64,000 bases of DNA from Iphione sp. A-MEVVRFRX5 (taxonomy: Eukaryota), in contig OZ320323.1 of NCBI GenBank assembly GCA_976226885.1, positions 41,974,001 through 42,038,000 on the forward strand, written 5' to 3'. This document shows, one piece after another, positions 36,201 to 50,400 of the stretch (position 1 is its first letter; every line of letters starts with the position of its first letter). The notes under the pieces are model-generated. The model did no database searches. It worked only from the letters and a program-made list of their open reading frames with translations, and had not been told where the DNA came from. The position numbers were made by a program, and so were the translations under genes.

Positions 36201-38602
36201 CTGTGTTCGAGGATGAGGAGGATGAGGAGGTGGTGGTTGGTGGTGGTGGTGGTGGGCAAGAAAGAAACAGACACATTAGTGAGGGGTTCTGGTCCACGGT
36301 GGCTAGGGGGGCACAACAATATCATCGAACTGCCCACCAGGTGGCTACGTAGGCCTGTAGACTCACTCCCAGGTGGCGGTTGATATTACTGCTGCTTCCT
36401 TTCAATATATATCGTTTTTTTAGTGTTGACAGTCCCAAGCAAAGCACCTCGTGTTTTCTTTATAAAAAGAGATCACGATGAACACACTTGGGTGACTTTT
36501 GGCGATAGTTTCGTCTTGGCTTTTGTCTTTTCAAAGGAGAAAGTTTCCGTCAAACAACGTGAGACACTCTGTGTTTTTCATGAAGGCAATGTGATGTGCT
36601 CACGGTCAAGGATAAAAACCTTATCAGTCAATACAATGTGTTTAAGATGGAGGTGATAAACGTTATCAGAAGTAACAGTATGTTTAATGTCTAGGCAATG
36701 TATCCCATCAATTGTGACAGTATATTTTTACTATTATGGTGAAACAGCGTACCAAGCACAGCGATATCTATATATGATTCTGTGGAGCACCTTATCAAGA
36801 AACTTCTGTTTAAGATGAAGGTGACGCATCTTGTATCAGGTATAAAAATGTAGGCCATTATAGATAAGCAAGTGGGCATGTCCCGTTTTGAGATATCTAC
36901 TTTATCGCTTAGAAGTTGACTTTGGAAAACGTTTTCATTTGATAAAAAAAATGGTTTCTTTTAATACACGAAGAAATCAAACTACTGGTGTAAACCATAC
37001 GAGTCCGCCATGAAACAGCTTCACCGACGTCAAGGCAACCACCATGCAAAGATGAGAAAGACAGCGGGGGAGGGAGGGGGGCACGATCACGTGGGAGAGA
37101 GGTATTACCACTAGGTGGAGCCACTGGCCAGACAGGGGACCAGGAGAACAGAACGCCTTACATACTGACATCTCTCAACAGGTCATTACACACGGTATGT
37201 AGGATAGAGGCTTATCAACAAGTACTATTAGAGAGAAAGGCCCTACCATTATCATCAACATTTCATGTCCACGTATTATTTCTATTAATTTAATCTTAGA
37301 TTATTTGTAGTGTTCAGATGTGATATACATGTATATACAGTTCTTGTCCATTAGCTATTTACAGCTATGGTTTTCAAGTATTTATTTATAAAAGACATCT
37401 GGAAGATATACTTTACTCGATATTTTTATGACAGCAGGTATATCTGAGACCATCATATTCCCCTCTGCCATTATGATTCACTCTGTTTCCACCAGCGACA
37501 ACGATAAAACAGGGGAAATGTTTTTTTTTTTTTACACTGAGAGGGTGAGCTGGTTCCTGGTAAGCTTTCGTTACATACTGGGGCTGGGGGAACGCTGGGG
37601 GCACGCTGGCGGGATGCTGAGGTTTGTGGGTTGGATTCCGTCAAGGGGAATTGGGGGGGGATCCAAAGGCATTCCATGGTAACCTAGCTACCATAGCAAC
37701 GGGCGCACGCCGTGTGGTGGGCAGGCAGAACTGAAGGCACTGACCACACATACAAGGGACGACTGGACAACGCTGGTAGTAGCAGCTGTAGTGGTTGTAA
37801 TCACAATGAGTACTGAAAGGACAACCAGTGGGTAATGGGTGGGTGGGTGGGTGGGTGGGTGGGTGGGGGCGCCACTTGGGCACCATGCCGGATTGGGGGG
37901 GGGGGGGGTTTAAATGGGAAGACAGGTAGGTGGCGCCACTAGTTCAGCCACAGTTTTCATCCAACCCCGGTGTACGGACGCCATTTCATCATCAATAAAG
38001 GGGCCGGCTCAGCCAGGTCACGTGGGAAGAAGAGATAGCGTTGATCCCAGCCGCCCCCATCACTGAAAATATCCTCCGCAGATTTCGACAGGACCAACTC
38101 CAAACGCGGCCTGACTTCGTAACAAAGGAAGAAACCTCTCCCGAGCCCCACGGCCATGATGTCAAAATGGCCGAAAGTCAAATCTACAGCTTGGGTTGAA
38201 ACCAGAAGCCTCTGTATAAAATTCAAATGCAATTACAGTTAAAACCCTTATACGTGTATCAATCTTGGGACTGGCCAGTTTGGGTGTCTGCTTCAAGTTG
38301 GTCTTCCAAGAGGGTGAGTAATATAATGTCAATATGCATTTGGCTTCGAAATACTTTGGGTCCTTACTGATCTCCAATGTTCTTCGGCTTTGTGTGTTTT
38401 TACTGTATATACAATGGTGGGTGGGTGGGTGGTACTGTGTTTCAACCATTACGGATAAAGTCCAAGTCCTACAGGGGAGAACCCTCCCTTTCTCTTTCAC
38501 CAATGGCTCATGTGCGTGCGTGTCTCTAACCATTACGGTCGGGTCCAGCTCAAAACCAACAGTACAGTCGATGAGCGATTCACTGTGTCGTTGTTAACGT
38601 AC

Positions 38603-38632
38603 CAGGATCAATGTGGTTACCATTACCGGTAA
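38603..38632 (-). CDS. camk2: Candidate 30-nt CaMKII linker exon (VTGNGNHIDP)
   Basis: GATTTTCAG / TTACCGGTAATGGTAACCACATTGATCCTG / GTACGT; phase 1 to 1, open. Confidence 0.45.
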
Positions 38633-40470
38633 CTGAAAATCTTCTGGAACAGTGCTGGGAAATAACCGTTACTAGACCAGCAATGGGCCCTGATATCTCT
38701 GTGTGGATATGTTTGCCGTCTGCATTCTGCTCCCACGACGTGCACGGAGGCCGTTTTTCTTTTAAATGAAATGAGTCTTGACCAAAAGAACACAACGACT
38801 CCCATGTTGTTACAAGGGAAAAACAGACGGAAAAAGAAAAACGGACACAGAGAAGTTACACCCCAAAGAACATATAAATATCGGCACTGACTGGCGTACA
38901 CATCGATCTATGGGTATTCCGTACACTGGGGTGAGAGGTACTGGTATTGCTGTGACCTGGGCTAATGCCTCTAAAAAGATGGCGGCTGTAGACTGGGGTG
39001 GTAGGGGGAAGAGGGGAGGGGGAGGCGTAGGGGGTGGGGTCGCTGGAAGGGGAACGCCACACTACCTATTGCTACATACTCGTATGCCTGGGAGTTAGTC
39101 CTAAGATGCCAAGGCACAAACGAGAAACATTGGAAATTTGTTCAACCTTTGGAAATATTTCCTTTGTTGGAGAGTGATGATCTTCATAGAGAAGATCTCC
39201 AAGAAGAAGTTTAGATCACATGAAACATAGCATAAAGCAAATTTTCTCTGGTCTCTGTGAGAGAAAATGTACCTAAGTCACTGTAACATGCATTGGTCAA
39301 TTGAACCTTAACTAAGCTGAAGGTTTACATCCTCTCTGTGCCCTTGGTCTGACCCTGCTTTACAGCCAATGTTTTACAAAACTACATTCTTATTTAGTAT
39401 TCCTGGTTCCTGGCTCTAATGTAAGTCTTGGTTTCCATGCACCCACGCACTACATGCGCACACATGGCCAACTCCCCATCCCTAGTGAGAGCAGTTACTG
39501 CTTTAAACGCGTATGGCAGCTGAATCCTGAAGGGCTTGGTGTGGTTACTGCATGCAGGTAACAAAAAGTCCATCTAATTTCAACTGAATGTGCAGTCAAA
39601 CTTTTATACCAGCTCTCCGTGCATTTTATCCGTTCCCTAGCTAGCTCTGTGCATTACTAACACGCGATTAAGACTGTCAAAAGACGGATTATTCCTATCG
39701 TAACTTGTGATTACATAGAGCCTTCCAGAAACTTGTCATTAAATATTGATAAACTCAATGTCAAATTCGTAATTTTTTTCACATATATTTAAGGAATTTT
39801 TCAAATTACCTTACTTGCCGTGGTTTAGATGACTGTAGACTTTTTTTGAATTTGTAACTAATTTAGTGGATAATTAGAGATACTCTATACAGTACCTCAG
39901 AGTTAAGGAGCACCAGGATAGTAAAGAACAATCTACCAGTTCACAGATACCAAGAATTCAGAGCACAAAGACGTAAAAAAAATTAACTTTTCTAACAACT
40001 CTTCTTTTTAAGTGAACATTATCATTCAAAATAAACAAAATAAATATAAAAAAAGAACGCGCATGTCATTCACAATTTTACTTTTACTGCTTGCTAGTAG
40101 TTTCGAAAGAACAAAAATCTATACGAAGGAGAACACATGAAAATGCCAAATCAATTCTTGTAAAAACAACGGAATGAAACCATATATTGAAAATATATCA
40201 ATACATATCATATATACATGGATATCTATTAATGAGGCAATGATAAACACCAGCGGAGCGGGGTGTCGTTACGGTTTTTATAGATACTGTAATATTGATA
40301 TGTAAACGCGAGTTGACTACTATGCTAGAGAGCGGGGGGTAAGTTTTTTTTTTTCTGGGGGGTGGAGGGGGATCCAGAGAAGCTGGGCTGAGGAGGCGGG
40401 GGTGGTGGTGTTGGGTGGTGGATGGGGAGGGGGAACGGGGAGGGGGAGGTGAGAACGTTTTCCTACGTAC

Positions 40471-40536
40471 TTGAGGCCTCCTGAACGGTCAGATTCCGCT
40501 GTTGTGTGAACATACTGGCCATAGATCGACAGAAGC
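40471..40536 (-). CDS. camk2: Candidate 66-nt CaMKII linker exon (GFCRSMASMFTQQRNLTVQEAS), with an alternative internal donor giving 21 nt
   Basis: Acceptor TTATCTTATCTGTGCAG. Donors GTACGT (after 40471) and GTATGT (after 40516) are both frame-preserving in phase 1. Confidence 0.45.
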
Positions 40537-43500
40537 CTGCACAGATAAGATAACGACCAGGTTGTCAGCTTCCACATCATCAAGAGAGGCAGTAGCAGTA
40601 GTAGTAGTTGCAGTAGCATCATCATTATCAGTAGTGTTATCACCACTGGCTGATCAGGCTCTTTGATTAGTACGGTAGTAGTAGTAGTAGACCGCTTACC
40701 TCGGGTGGTGATCAAGCCCCACTGTCTTAATAAAAGTGTTATATATTCTGGGAGATTATTAGGAGGGGAAAAACAACCGGCTCAAAAATCCGGCTATCAC
40801 TCATCCCAGCGCCATCAAACGTTACTTGATGGATTCAATGGCTAATTTTACTTTCGACTCAGATAAAATCTTGTGTGCCATGAGGGGAAAAAAGGTCTAT
40901 ATGTTTTGGCACACGTAGTCTTTTAGGCGTTACTTTTGTTGTACTCAACTGGTTTTTGGCACACGAAATTTTCTTCATTACATTTGTCGTACTCAACTGT
41001 TCATTGAAGATCAGGTTTACGCAAAAAAAAAATCCCAACTACTTGTTGTACATAATGGGTGGTGGCCTGAAGCCAGTGGTAGTAGTAGTAGTAGAAGTGG
41101 TACTGTGTGAACGCTGGTGCACCAATCAGCATTGTTCTGGTGGTAAAGTCAACAGGAAGTGAAACTACTGACGAACTGTGCTGGCAGTAAACTTTTCTCT
41201 ACTTTACCCACTTTTACAAATTGTAGATATAATGTGAATATATAAGCAATGCATATATTTTAAAAATGAAAATCATAATTCTGTTGACGAAATTAAAAGG
41301 AAAAAACGTGTTGTTAACATTTCTGTATGCTACTGGTAGGCACAATATATGTCTGGACGTAAGAAAACCAAAGATACTAAAGAATCACCACTGCAAACTG
41401 AGACTGAAGAAACTACTAGCCCATCATCTATACCTACTGTCCTACCAACAGACGCATATATGAGGAAGTGTATCTGTCTTAACTAAAGAGAAAGTAAACT
41501 AATGTATATCATATATATACGCTTTTCTGGAGTGTTCAAAAAGTGGGGAGGTCACACATCACGACAGGCCTGTTGGTGAAGGACAAAAACCAAGGTCACA
41601 CAAGGAGAACGAAAACACTAGTGCGAACTGGTCAAAGCAGTCTCTGTCTCCTGTTCCTAGATGGCTGGAGACCTAATCAACATAAAGGTCAGAGGAGGAC
41701 ACAGAGGAGAACGTGGGGGTGGTGGGGGTGGGGAGGGGGCAAGGGGAGGGACAGGAAAATTGGTGTTTGTAGGGCTACATTCTAACATCATTGACTGATA
41801 TTCTCATTCCAGAGGCCAACGTCATTTTCTCTGTATTATTCCACGCCACATGTGTATAACAACCGGGATTCCTGTTCGCAGGGGCGGGGGGGGGGGGGGG
41901 GCTTTAGAGAGAACTCGGACGAAATCTAACACCATTCTTGGCGAACGGTGCCTCGTTCAGGAATCTCCAGTGATTCTGCGACCGATCTACCATCACCTCC
42001 GTGTCGTTCGGGACATTTCTAAGGCGCCTTCCTTGCACCGTGAACGTCTGTTTTATAGAGATCCAAACGAACTCTGGAGTTCAATTCTCCACACACGCAG
42101 TGATCATCGTAACTCAGATAGCAGAAGTCCTCGAATTCAGAAAGATCCTCTAAAAATTCTGATTAAATCAAAATATCTTGTTCGGAAATCAAACCTACTG
42201 TGCATTACTATGTTGTGCTAAAAGAAACTACAGAAAAAACAGGGCACTATTCCAATCATACTCTATATTTATGTAGAAAATTGAATATAATTGTCATTTT
42301 CTGACATTCACGAAGAAAATGGTTACATGTCGTTGCTTGTGCATACATTTAAGAACTTCCATTCTCGAGATGTATTGAATTCATCCATTCCTGGAGGGTG
42401 TGACTTTAGAAAATATTGTATATGCAATCTTTATCCAAGAAAACTAAGTATCGTGTATTTTAGCTCTCTTATCCATATGGAGTCTCAGGTTCAGTCGTTG
42501 TGAACAGTCTAGACATTGTTTACGGTAAAATATCCTAGCCCCAGAACGTATCTATTATTCACCTGGATGCACCACACCTTCACCTCCATCTCGCTACATC
42601 TAAATACATACAATTACCCTATATTGGGTCATAAAATACCAACAGAAATTAGAGCAGAACTTTGCCCTTTAACGACCCAAAAATTGTTCAGACTACATTT
42701 CTGTGATACGAAGTAGAGCTATCCTAGCTGTTGGCGCTATTGACGTGTTAATGAAAGGGCTGGATCTAACACTAGTGGGGCAGACAAGTGAGCTCATTAT
42801 GATCATTGTATTCTCTTGCCAACTTCTACACCACGGGACGCGAGTCTGGCCGAGCCAGCAGGACAACAATGGAAGTAAACAAATGAAGAGGAAAAAGGGA
42901 GGGGGCGCAAAGGGGGGGGAAAGCNNNNNNNNNNNNNNNNNNNNNNNNNNNNNNNNNNNNNNNNNNNNNNNNNNNNNNNNNNNNNNNNNNNNNNNNNNNN
43001 NNNNNNNNNNNNNNNNNNNNNNNNNNNNNNNNNNNNNNNNNNNNNNNNNNNNNNNNNNNNNNNNNNNNNNNNNNNNNNNNNNNNNNNNNNNNNNNNNGAA
43101 AGAAAGGACAAAAGGACCAAAAGCGGGAAGGGGAGGGGGGGGGGAGAAATAGTGGACGAACAAGAAGGAAAAAGGAAAATGAAGATAGCAAAGAAGGAGA
43201 GGAGCGAAAGAGGAACAGAGGGAGTTAGAGAAAGAATAAGAGGTGAGAAAAGGAGGAATATGATGAAGAGAAAGGATGGTAAGAGGGAAGGAAGGGAAAG
43301 GGGAAAGGGAAGGGAAAAGGGAGAGGGAGGACCATAAGCCGCGTGTCATTGCTGGGTAAGAGAAGGGGCAGGAAAACAAGACAATTAATTGGAAAGCATG
43401 TTAATGCAGTTTAGAATGATCATTTGTAGGGTACAAAGACCACACAGGAGGGTTGGTTCAGGTGGATTTATTTAAAAAAAAAACCTCTGAACCTTTGTTA

Positions 43501-45364
43501 GGTGCAGGGATTCCCGTCAAGTCAGGTCTGAGGACCACTCAGCGCCCCCCCGGGGGGGGGGAGGGGGTCCCCAACAACCAGTGGGAGAAGATTGAACGTG
43601 GCGTCAAACGTTTGTAACCTGTCCCAGGAGGATCACCTTCGTCTACTCGAAATGGCCGGTGGGGAAATTAGGTTGGCACAAAAGGGACAAGCCATCGGCG
43701 CTAGCAGGTGGCGTACACTGTACTGCCGGTGGGTAACTTTTACCTCTAACTCTGTGGCGACGGACGTTCAATTGACATTTCCAAGAACTGAATGGGAAAT
43801 AAACCGGACTGTCCACTCGAACCGAGTCCTACAAAGTCTTATATGAGAAACTGTCCAACTTCAACAACAGTCAGATATTTCCTTGAACGGTATTGATAGG
43901 TGTATTTTCCAGCTGCTAACAACGGGTACTGATGGTCAGTCTAGGAATGAACCAGGCATATACATGTATATATATATATATATATATCTCCTGGTGAGGT
44001 CTCCATGTACACTAACACATAGCATTAAATTTGTTATCAGGAAAAATATTGGCCGAGAAGAACCGGGAAGAAACCATGGCGTTACCAACAACTGACCAAA
44101 AGGGAAACCAATATCGATAGCGAAAGAGTCAAGCGAACCCAGGTCCAACGCGCATCACTGACAGTTCACCTCTCTACTTGGCGCCCCACATTGCAGCGCT
44201 CTCTCTTTCTCCTCTTGTTGGGGGTGTGTGTGTGCCCTTGAGGTTGACCTTGTGTTGGGGGGTTTGTTGGTTGACCGGGTGGTGGAGCTGCCCTGTTGAT
44301 CACGTGTTCGCGTTAACAGGCATGTGAGTGAGTGACGTCAGGTAAAGGATCCTCCCACCAAAAATCAACTTATTTCTTTTATGCTTCTAATTTAACTGAA
44401 ATTCTTTTGATTTTTTCCCAGAGATCTTCCTCGAGCCTGGACCGAGTGAGAAGATCGTGTGGAATTCCGCCCTGATTTTCGGCGGAAGTCTCACGTGCCT
44501 GCGTTGACCGTGCAAACTGTGTGTGCGGCATGACGACGATGAGAACGAAGACGAAGCAGCTGAAGGAACGACGGAGGAGGGGGAGAAGGAGGAGGAAGAG
44601 AAGGAGAAGGAGAAGGCAAAGGGAAAGATCCGAAAAAACACAAGAGTAGATTAGGAGTTCAAGGCATGTGAATTACGGACAGAAGTTAAGATGGGGAGCC
44701 ATGGCGAAAAGAAATAAGCAAACAGGGGTAGAAAGTGAATTAGCTCATGGGGACAGGAGTATGAACTGCTAAAGAAAAAGAATAAGCAGGACAATAGAAG
44801 TAGCAAACAGGACGAATGGGGTGAGAGAATTGACAAGAGGCAAGAGTAAGAACTGGCGAAGAGAGGAATNNNNNNNNNNNNNNNNNNNNNNNNNNNNNNN
44901 NNNNNNNNNNNNNNNNNNNNNNNNNNNNNNNNNNNNNNNNNNNNNNNNNNNNNNNNNNNNNNNNNNNNNNNNNNNNNNNNNNNNNNNNNNNNNNNNNNNN
45001 NNNCACGTCACATGACATGACGTCGGCAGATACCGGCAGCGATAGCAGCGCCAACAACGACAACGATGCATACGCCTATATATGTAGAAACTGACGGCAA
45101 TGAGAAAGGAAAAGTGGTACATACATACACACGCAGACAGACAGACGAGACACTCGAACGTACGGTGTCAGCACCAACTACGGAGAGAACGAAGAGTATC
45201 TAAGAGTAACTGTTTATATACAGAGAGTAAAGATAGAGAAAGAGAAAAGAGCGCCACCCTGGCGGGCCGGCCGTTCCGCGCACTACTACAACTACATGTA
45301 CACACACTGGCGGACCAGTGGCGGTGGCGGCGGCCGGCGGTCGGCAGGTGGCGCCACTACGCAC

Positions 45365-45454
45365 CGCGCGTGTCTTGGTCATCCTCTATCGTTGTACTAC
45401 TATCTGTCGACTCCTTGATGCCATCCGCCGTCTTCTTCACAATCATGCTACGAC
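45365..45454 (-). CDS. camk2: CaMKII constitutive linker exon
   Basis: TTTCCCGCAG / RSMIVKKTADGIKESTDSSTTIEDDQDTR / GTGCGT; 90 nt, phase 1 to 1. Resembles the invertebrate CaMKII KESTDSSTT(L/I)EDDD linker. Confidence 0.95.
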
Positions 45455-45919
45455 CTGCGGGAAAGACAAGCGAGGAGAGGGCGTTAGTATACATGTATAC
45501 ATAGCGTAGGCAGCCGCTTGCGCAACCTTAACACACTGTCCATCACCTAGCAGCATCCACCCCATGGCTTCCAAGGGGACTTTCAGGCGTGGCGGCTTGA
45601 AATAAGGAATGGCAGACTGGGGTTAAGGCCCACGAACTAGTTCTGGCCTGAAAGTAATGGCAGATATTGGTATTGGAGTCGACCTACGTCAGACATGTCC
45701 AAGATAAGGCTCAGTGGTCAGTCAAGGTAGATACCAGTGTCACAGTATACGCAATGTATTTTCAGTCAGAGACATATCAAGTCCCTGGTAGCCCCTGTCA
45801 GTTGTCATAGTTTGCTAGCGAGGAGGACCCCAGCATCATATGTCACAATCAGCAGATACTGAATACAAAGTCCCATCGGTGTCATTTGTTCTGATGTCTG
45901 GTGTCATATTCAGATTGAT

Positions 45920-46310
45920 GTCAGGTCCCCTGTGTTATGGCCCAGCAATGATTAGTGAGATATCAGGTTACCAGTGTCATGGCCAGCAATAATTAGTGAG
46001 ATATCAGGTTACCAGTGTCATGGCCCAGCAAAAATCAGTTAGATATGAGGTCCCCAGTGTTATGGCCCATCAATAATTTGTGAGATCTCAGGTCCCCAGT
46101 GTTATGGTCCAGCAATAATAGTGAGATCTCAGGTCCCCAGTGTTATGGCCCAGCAATAATTAGTGAGATACCAGGTTACCAGTGTTGTGGCCCAGCAATG
46201 ATAGTGAGATATCAGGTCCCCAGTGTTATGGCCCAGCAATGAGTAGTTAGGCAGATATCAGGTCTCCAGTGTCACAATTCAATAGTCATAGTCAGGTGAG
46301 ATATCAGGTC
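45920..46310. repeat. ~42-bp minisatellite, about 9 copies
   Basis: Unit GATATCAGGTCCCCAGTGTTATGGCCCAGCAATAATTAGTGA. Confidence 0.85.
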
Positions 46311-47306
46311 CCCCAAAGTAACCCTCACTAGATGATAGGCCGTATAGTGGGCTACTCTATGCAACTAGAACTATTCCTAGTCTGTAGAAATGTTTTCAAA
46401 CCTTGCAAACTTTGAGCATCTATGTCTAAAAGTGGAGGGCATCCCCGAGTCGAAGAATCTCGGGCGTATCCTTCTCCACGGGGCTACTACCAGGAAGTCA
46501 TTTAGGCTTGACACGTGCACACAAAACCCTTACTAGGAAGTCTCTCAGGCCCTATGTTTCTACATCGGACTTTTACTGGCAAGTCCCTTAGACAAGATGG
46601 GAACACCCCGGGCCTGTCGTTTCTACACAAGGATGTGACTAGGGAGTTTCAAAAGCCTGTTATTTCTCCATTAGACTATTACTAGCGTGTCACTTAGACT
46701 GGATGTGAACAGCCTAGTCCTGTTGTTTCTACACAAGCTTGTAACAAGGGAGTGTCTAATGCCTGTTGTTCTCACAGTTTGGATGAGAACAGCCCAGGCC
46801 TGTTGTTTCTCCAGAAGACTCTAACTCGCGAGTCTTGCATGGCTTGCTGTTTTTCCACAACAGTAGGACAAGGAAATTTCTCACGTTCCTCTCACCCACA
46901 AGAGGCGGCAATAGCAGACACTGTTACATTAGTATGGAGTTACCATGAAAGGCACAGCAATGGCAACATTTATAAAACACCCGGATGTGAGATATCTGCT
47001 ACAGGAGCCATCTTCTTTCATACATCTTTATGAATTCTCCTTGTTCCATCAACCCCTCCCCCCGCCTCCTCCACCACCACTACTACTAGCACCTGCGCTC
47101 GTGTGACCTGATTACCTTGACTGGCTGTCGCTAGGGGGCGACACGTCCGCCGGCGGTGCGTCAAGAAGCTGGCCTAATGTAACTTGTATGTGAGCGCGTA
47201 CGTGTGACATGAATCATGCAATACTCCGGCATCGATTGACCTGCCTGCCGTTCATATCCCAGCCAATCACTCCACCAGCGTACTCGTTCGCCGCCTTTGC
47301 ATCATC

Positions 47307-47308
<2 letters not shown>

Positions 47309-47349
<41 letters not shown>

Positions 47350-47367
47350 TGTCTCTCTCTGTCTCTG

Positions 47368-47399
<32 letters not shown>

Positions 47400-47400
47400 C
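47309..47400. repeat. (GT)n followed by (CTCTGT)n microsatellites; another (GT)n at about 62098-62151
   Basis: Direct inspection. Confidence 0.9.
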
Positions 47401-50400
47401 TATACCACCACCATCTCTCTGTCTTTGTCTCTCCCTTTTTGCATCTTTAGACCGTTTCTCGACTGGTTTCTTTAAAAACCACCGGGCGGAACAGGTTACA
47501 GAGGTTTTCGCTAAGGGAAACTTCTCAACTATCATCCCGTCCTTGATGTTTGTGTGTTGTGTACTGATAGGTGTGCATACTGTATTATATTAGCATCTGT
47601 GTATTGGAATGTGTCTAGCTGTGCGTTTCATATGTGTGTCTGTATGTATGTATGCGTGGTGATAGATGACGATGTTTTTGAGTACGTGTCGGTGTGTATG
47701 AGTGCCATGTATCCGTTTGTGTATATGTGCGTGTCTGTATGTGTGCATGAGTGTTATTGATAGGCAGGTGTGTCTGTGCGTTAATAGATGACGGTGTGTG
47801 GAGTACAGGTGTCGCTGCGTATATGAGTGTCATATGTATCAGTTTGTACGTATGTGTGTGTGTCGGTATGTGTATTATGTCTGTCTGTCAGTACTTTGTG
47901 TATGTGTTTGTGTTATATTAGTGCCACGTATTGGTCTGTGTAATACTCGAATGAAGTTTTGTGTTTGCTGTATATTTGTGTCGGTATGATTGTCACATAA
48001 TGCTATGTTCATGCGTGTTTGACGGTATGGGTCTAGTATGGGAGCCAGTGAGCTCCCTATGTGCACCCTTGTGTTAGTATAAATGTCATGTATAACTGTG
48101 TGTAAGGGTGTGTGTGTGAGGGGGTGGTATGTGTCTAATCCTGTGACCGGCATGTTGAGAGCGGCTGAAGCTGCCAGGCGTGTCGTAGACTAGCAGGAAA
48201 GGGGCGCTGACTGTGACGGCGAGGGGAGGAGGGGGAGGGGGGAGGAGAGGGGGAGGTGGAGGAGGAAGTGGGAAGGTACAGAGGCCTCTGAGTGCACCAT
48301 CATCGATTTCTAGGCTGGAGGTGACCTGGAGTAGTACAGTGGGGCATCATGTGGCGTGTACGAGAGACGACGAGACTTCACGAGGAGAGGATCCGCGACA
48401 GGAGGGAGAGGAGAGGAAATGAAAAGAGGCATAAAAAACTGTGAGAAAGAGAAAGAGAAAGAGAGAAGAGAAGAGAGAGAGACGGCTGGACAGGCAGACA
48501 GACAGACAGAAAGACAGATTCAGGGATATGATGAGAGGCTGGTCAGCTGAAAGAGGCAGAAGGAACTGAGAGTGAAAACGGAGGACTGAATGAGGGATAG
48601 GGATGGGACAGGATCTAGTCAGATACAAGTACTGAAAGAATGAACACAGGAGAGAGGCACGGGGGGGAGAGAGTTGGTTGGCTCCGGGTTTAGTTGGCTC
48701 CGGAGGCCAGAAAAGACAGAGAAAGCGAACAAAGAGGAGAGGAGTAGCGACAGGGAGACGGAGAGGAAGCTTTGGTGGGGTAGGGGTGGATAAGCAATGA
48801 TAAGGAAGGAAGGGAGAGAGGCACAGAGACAGAGAGAGACACTGAGAGAAAGAGTGGATGGGAAACAGATAGAGGAAGGGAAGGATAGCGAATGTTAGAG
48901 AAGGGCGAGTGCTTAACTACGACAGGAAAGAAGAGAGATTAGAGGGACAACCAAACGTCGTTAGACGCAGAGACAGATATACACATAGGCAAGATCAAAG
49001 CGAAACGATTGTGTGCCGTGATTTTTAACTAAAAAACGCCTACTTTTATAGCCATCCACTTCATATTTCTCTCCCTGGGAAAAAAAAGATCCGTCTCTGA
49101 AGTAATCACCACATCCTGGAGGAGAGAGAGGGAAAAAAAGACCCGGTGTGGGACGGGGGAGCTAGCGCCGGGTTCCTAAGCGCCGATTCTTTCACCACCC
49201 ATCAACTGTCAACTCCCATTTATATATCAATAAGGGCGCCTTTTTTTTAACAGCAGGGTAGCCATTACCGCGAAACAAAAGACACGTGATCCACTTAAGC
49301 CTGCCGTTTCCATACATCAACGTGGCGCCGCCGCTATCTACCGGGTAGCATCGATCACTGGGGGAACCTCTGTATGGTGCGTGCTAAGCTGTACATGTAT
49401 TTGTATGTGCGTGTGTGTGTTTCTCTGCCTGTGTATATTTTCATACGTGTGTGCACACATGCCTGCGTCACTCTACATATGTGCATGTGTCTCTACACAA
49501 ACGTGTTGATTTAGGGGCATGCAAGCCTCTGTATGTGTACACATGTGTATACAAACATATATGTACATACAATGTATGCATGTCCGTTTGGTTACATGAA
49601 TGTCTGTCTGTCTGTCTATCTGTCTGTCTCTGTCTCTCTCTATTCTGTTCTTATGTCTCCTCTGCCTCTTCTGGGACTAAGCGCATTTGTTTGTGTGTGT
49701 GTGTGTGTGTGTTTTGGGGCAGGGTCCATCAACCCCCATTTCATCTACTACTTGCACAGGCGTGTGGCGCCGCCCTGGCGGGCTTGCCGAGCGCCGTGAC
49801 AGTCTGCGGCTCACATCGCGCTATCAGTGTTTTTTTTTTCATTTTCATTGTGTAACCATTCAGCTTTCTTAGCTGTTCTTTCATACCCTTCTGAGCTGTT
49901 CCTCCATATCCTCCTGAGGTAGCATATTACCATCTATTATTGAGAATTATGAGGCCAGAATACCATAGTCTGTCCTCCTACTCACATTATGAGTGATATG
50001 TTGTAGAGCCACTCCAGGTTTGGGGACTCCAGTAAATCTCCCTGGCCATCATCAGGAGTGCCCCGACCCAGGATTGACCAGGATTGAAGCTGCGACCTCT
50101 ACATCAGTGGACCAGTGCTAGTCAGCTCTCTCGCCAACTGAGAGCTAGGTCCCCATCTTAAACTGTGTCGGGTAGCGAACATCCCTCACGGCGAGGCGAC
50201 TCGAACGCTGCGAACGCGGAGTTGGGGTGGGGGTCGGGTGGGAGGGGGGTGACTGGTATCGGGGGACGGTCGCCTTATTAGTAGGCAGGCCGGCCGAGTC
50301 GGCCGTCGCCACGATGAGAGATGTTGGCCTGAGATTTGAAAATTCATTCCTCCACATGGGGCGGCGCGTTGTGGCTCCGTCCATACAGAGACTGACCTTG

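Noticed and set aside
37957-38110. Open frames after a GTCAG acceptor (RPRLELVLSK... or GRVWSWSCRN...)
   Set aside because: No credible donor in the required phase.
43744-43787. Strong donor with 8-nt or 44-nt exon options
   Set aside because: Neither length preserves frame, and the 44-nt option contains a stop.
47116-47173. 58-nt AG...GT segment upstream of the linker exon
   Set aside because: Not a multiple of 3, phases do not fit a cassette, and it is better explained by an embedded CTCF-like motif.
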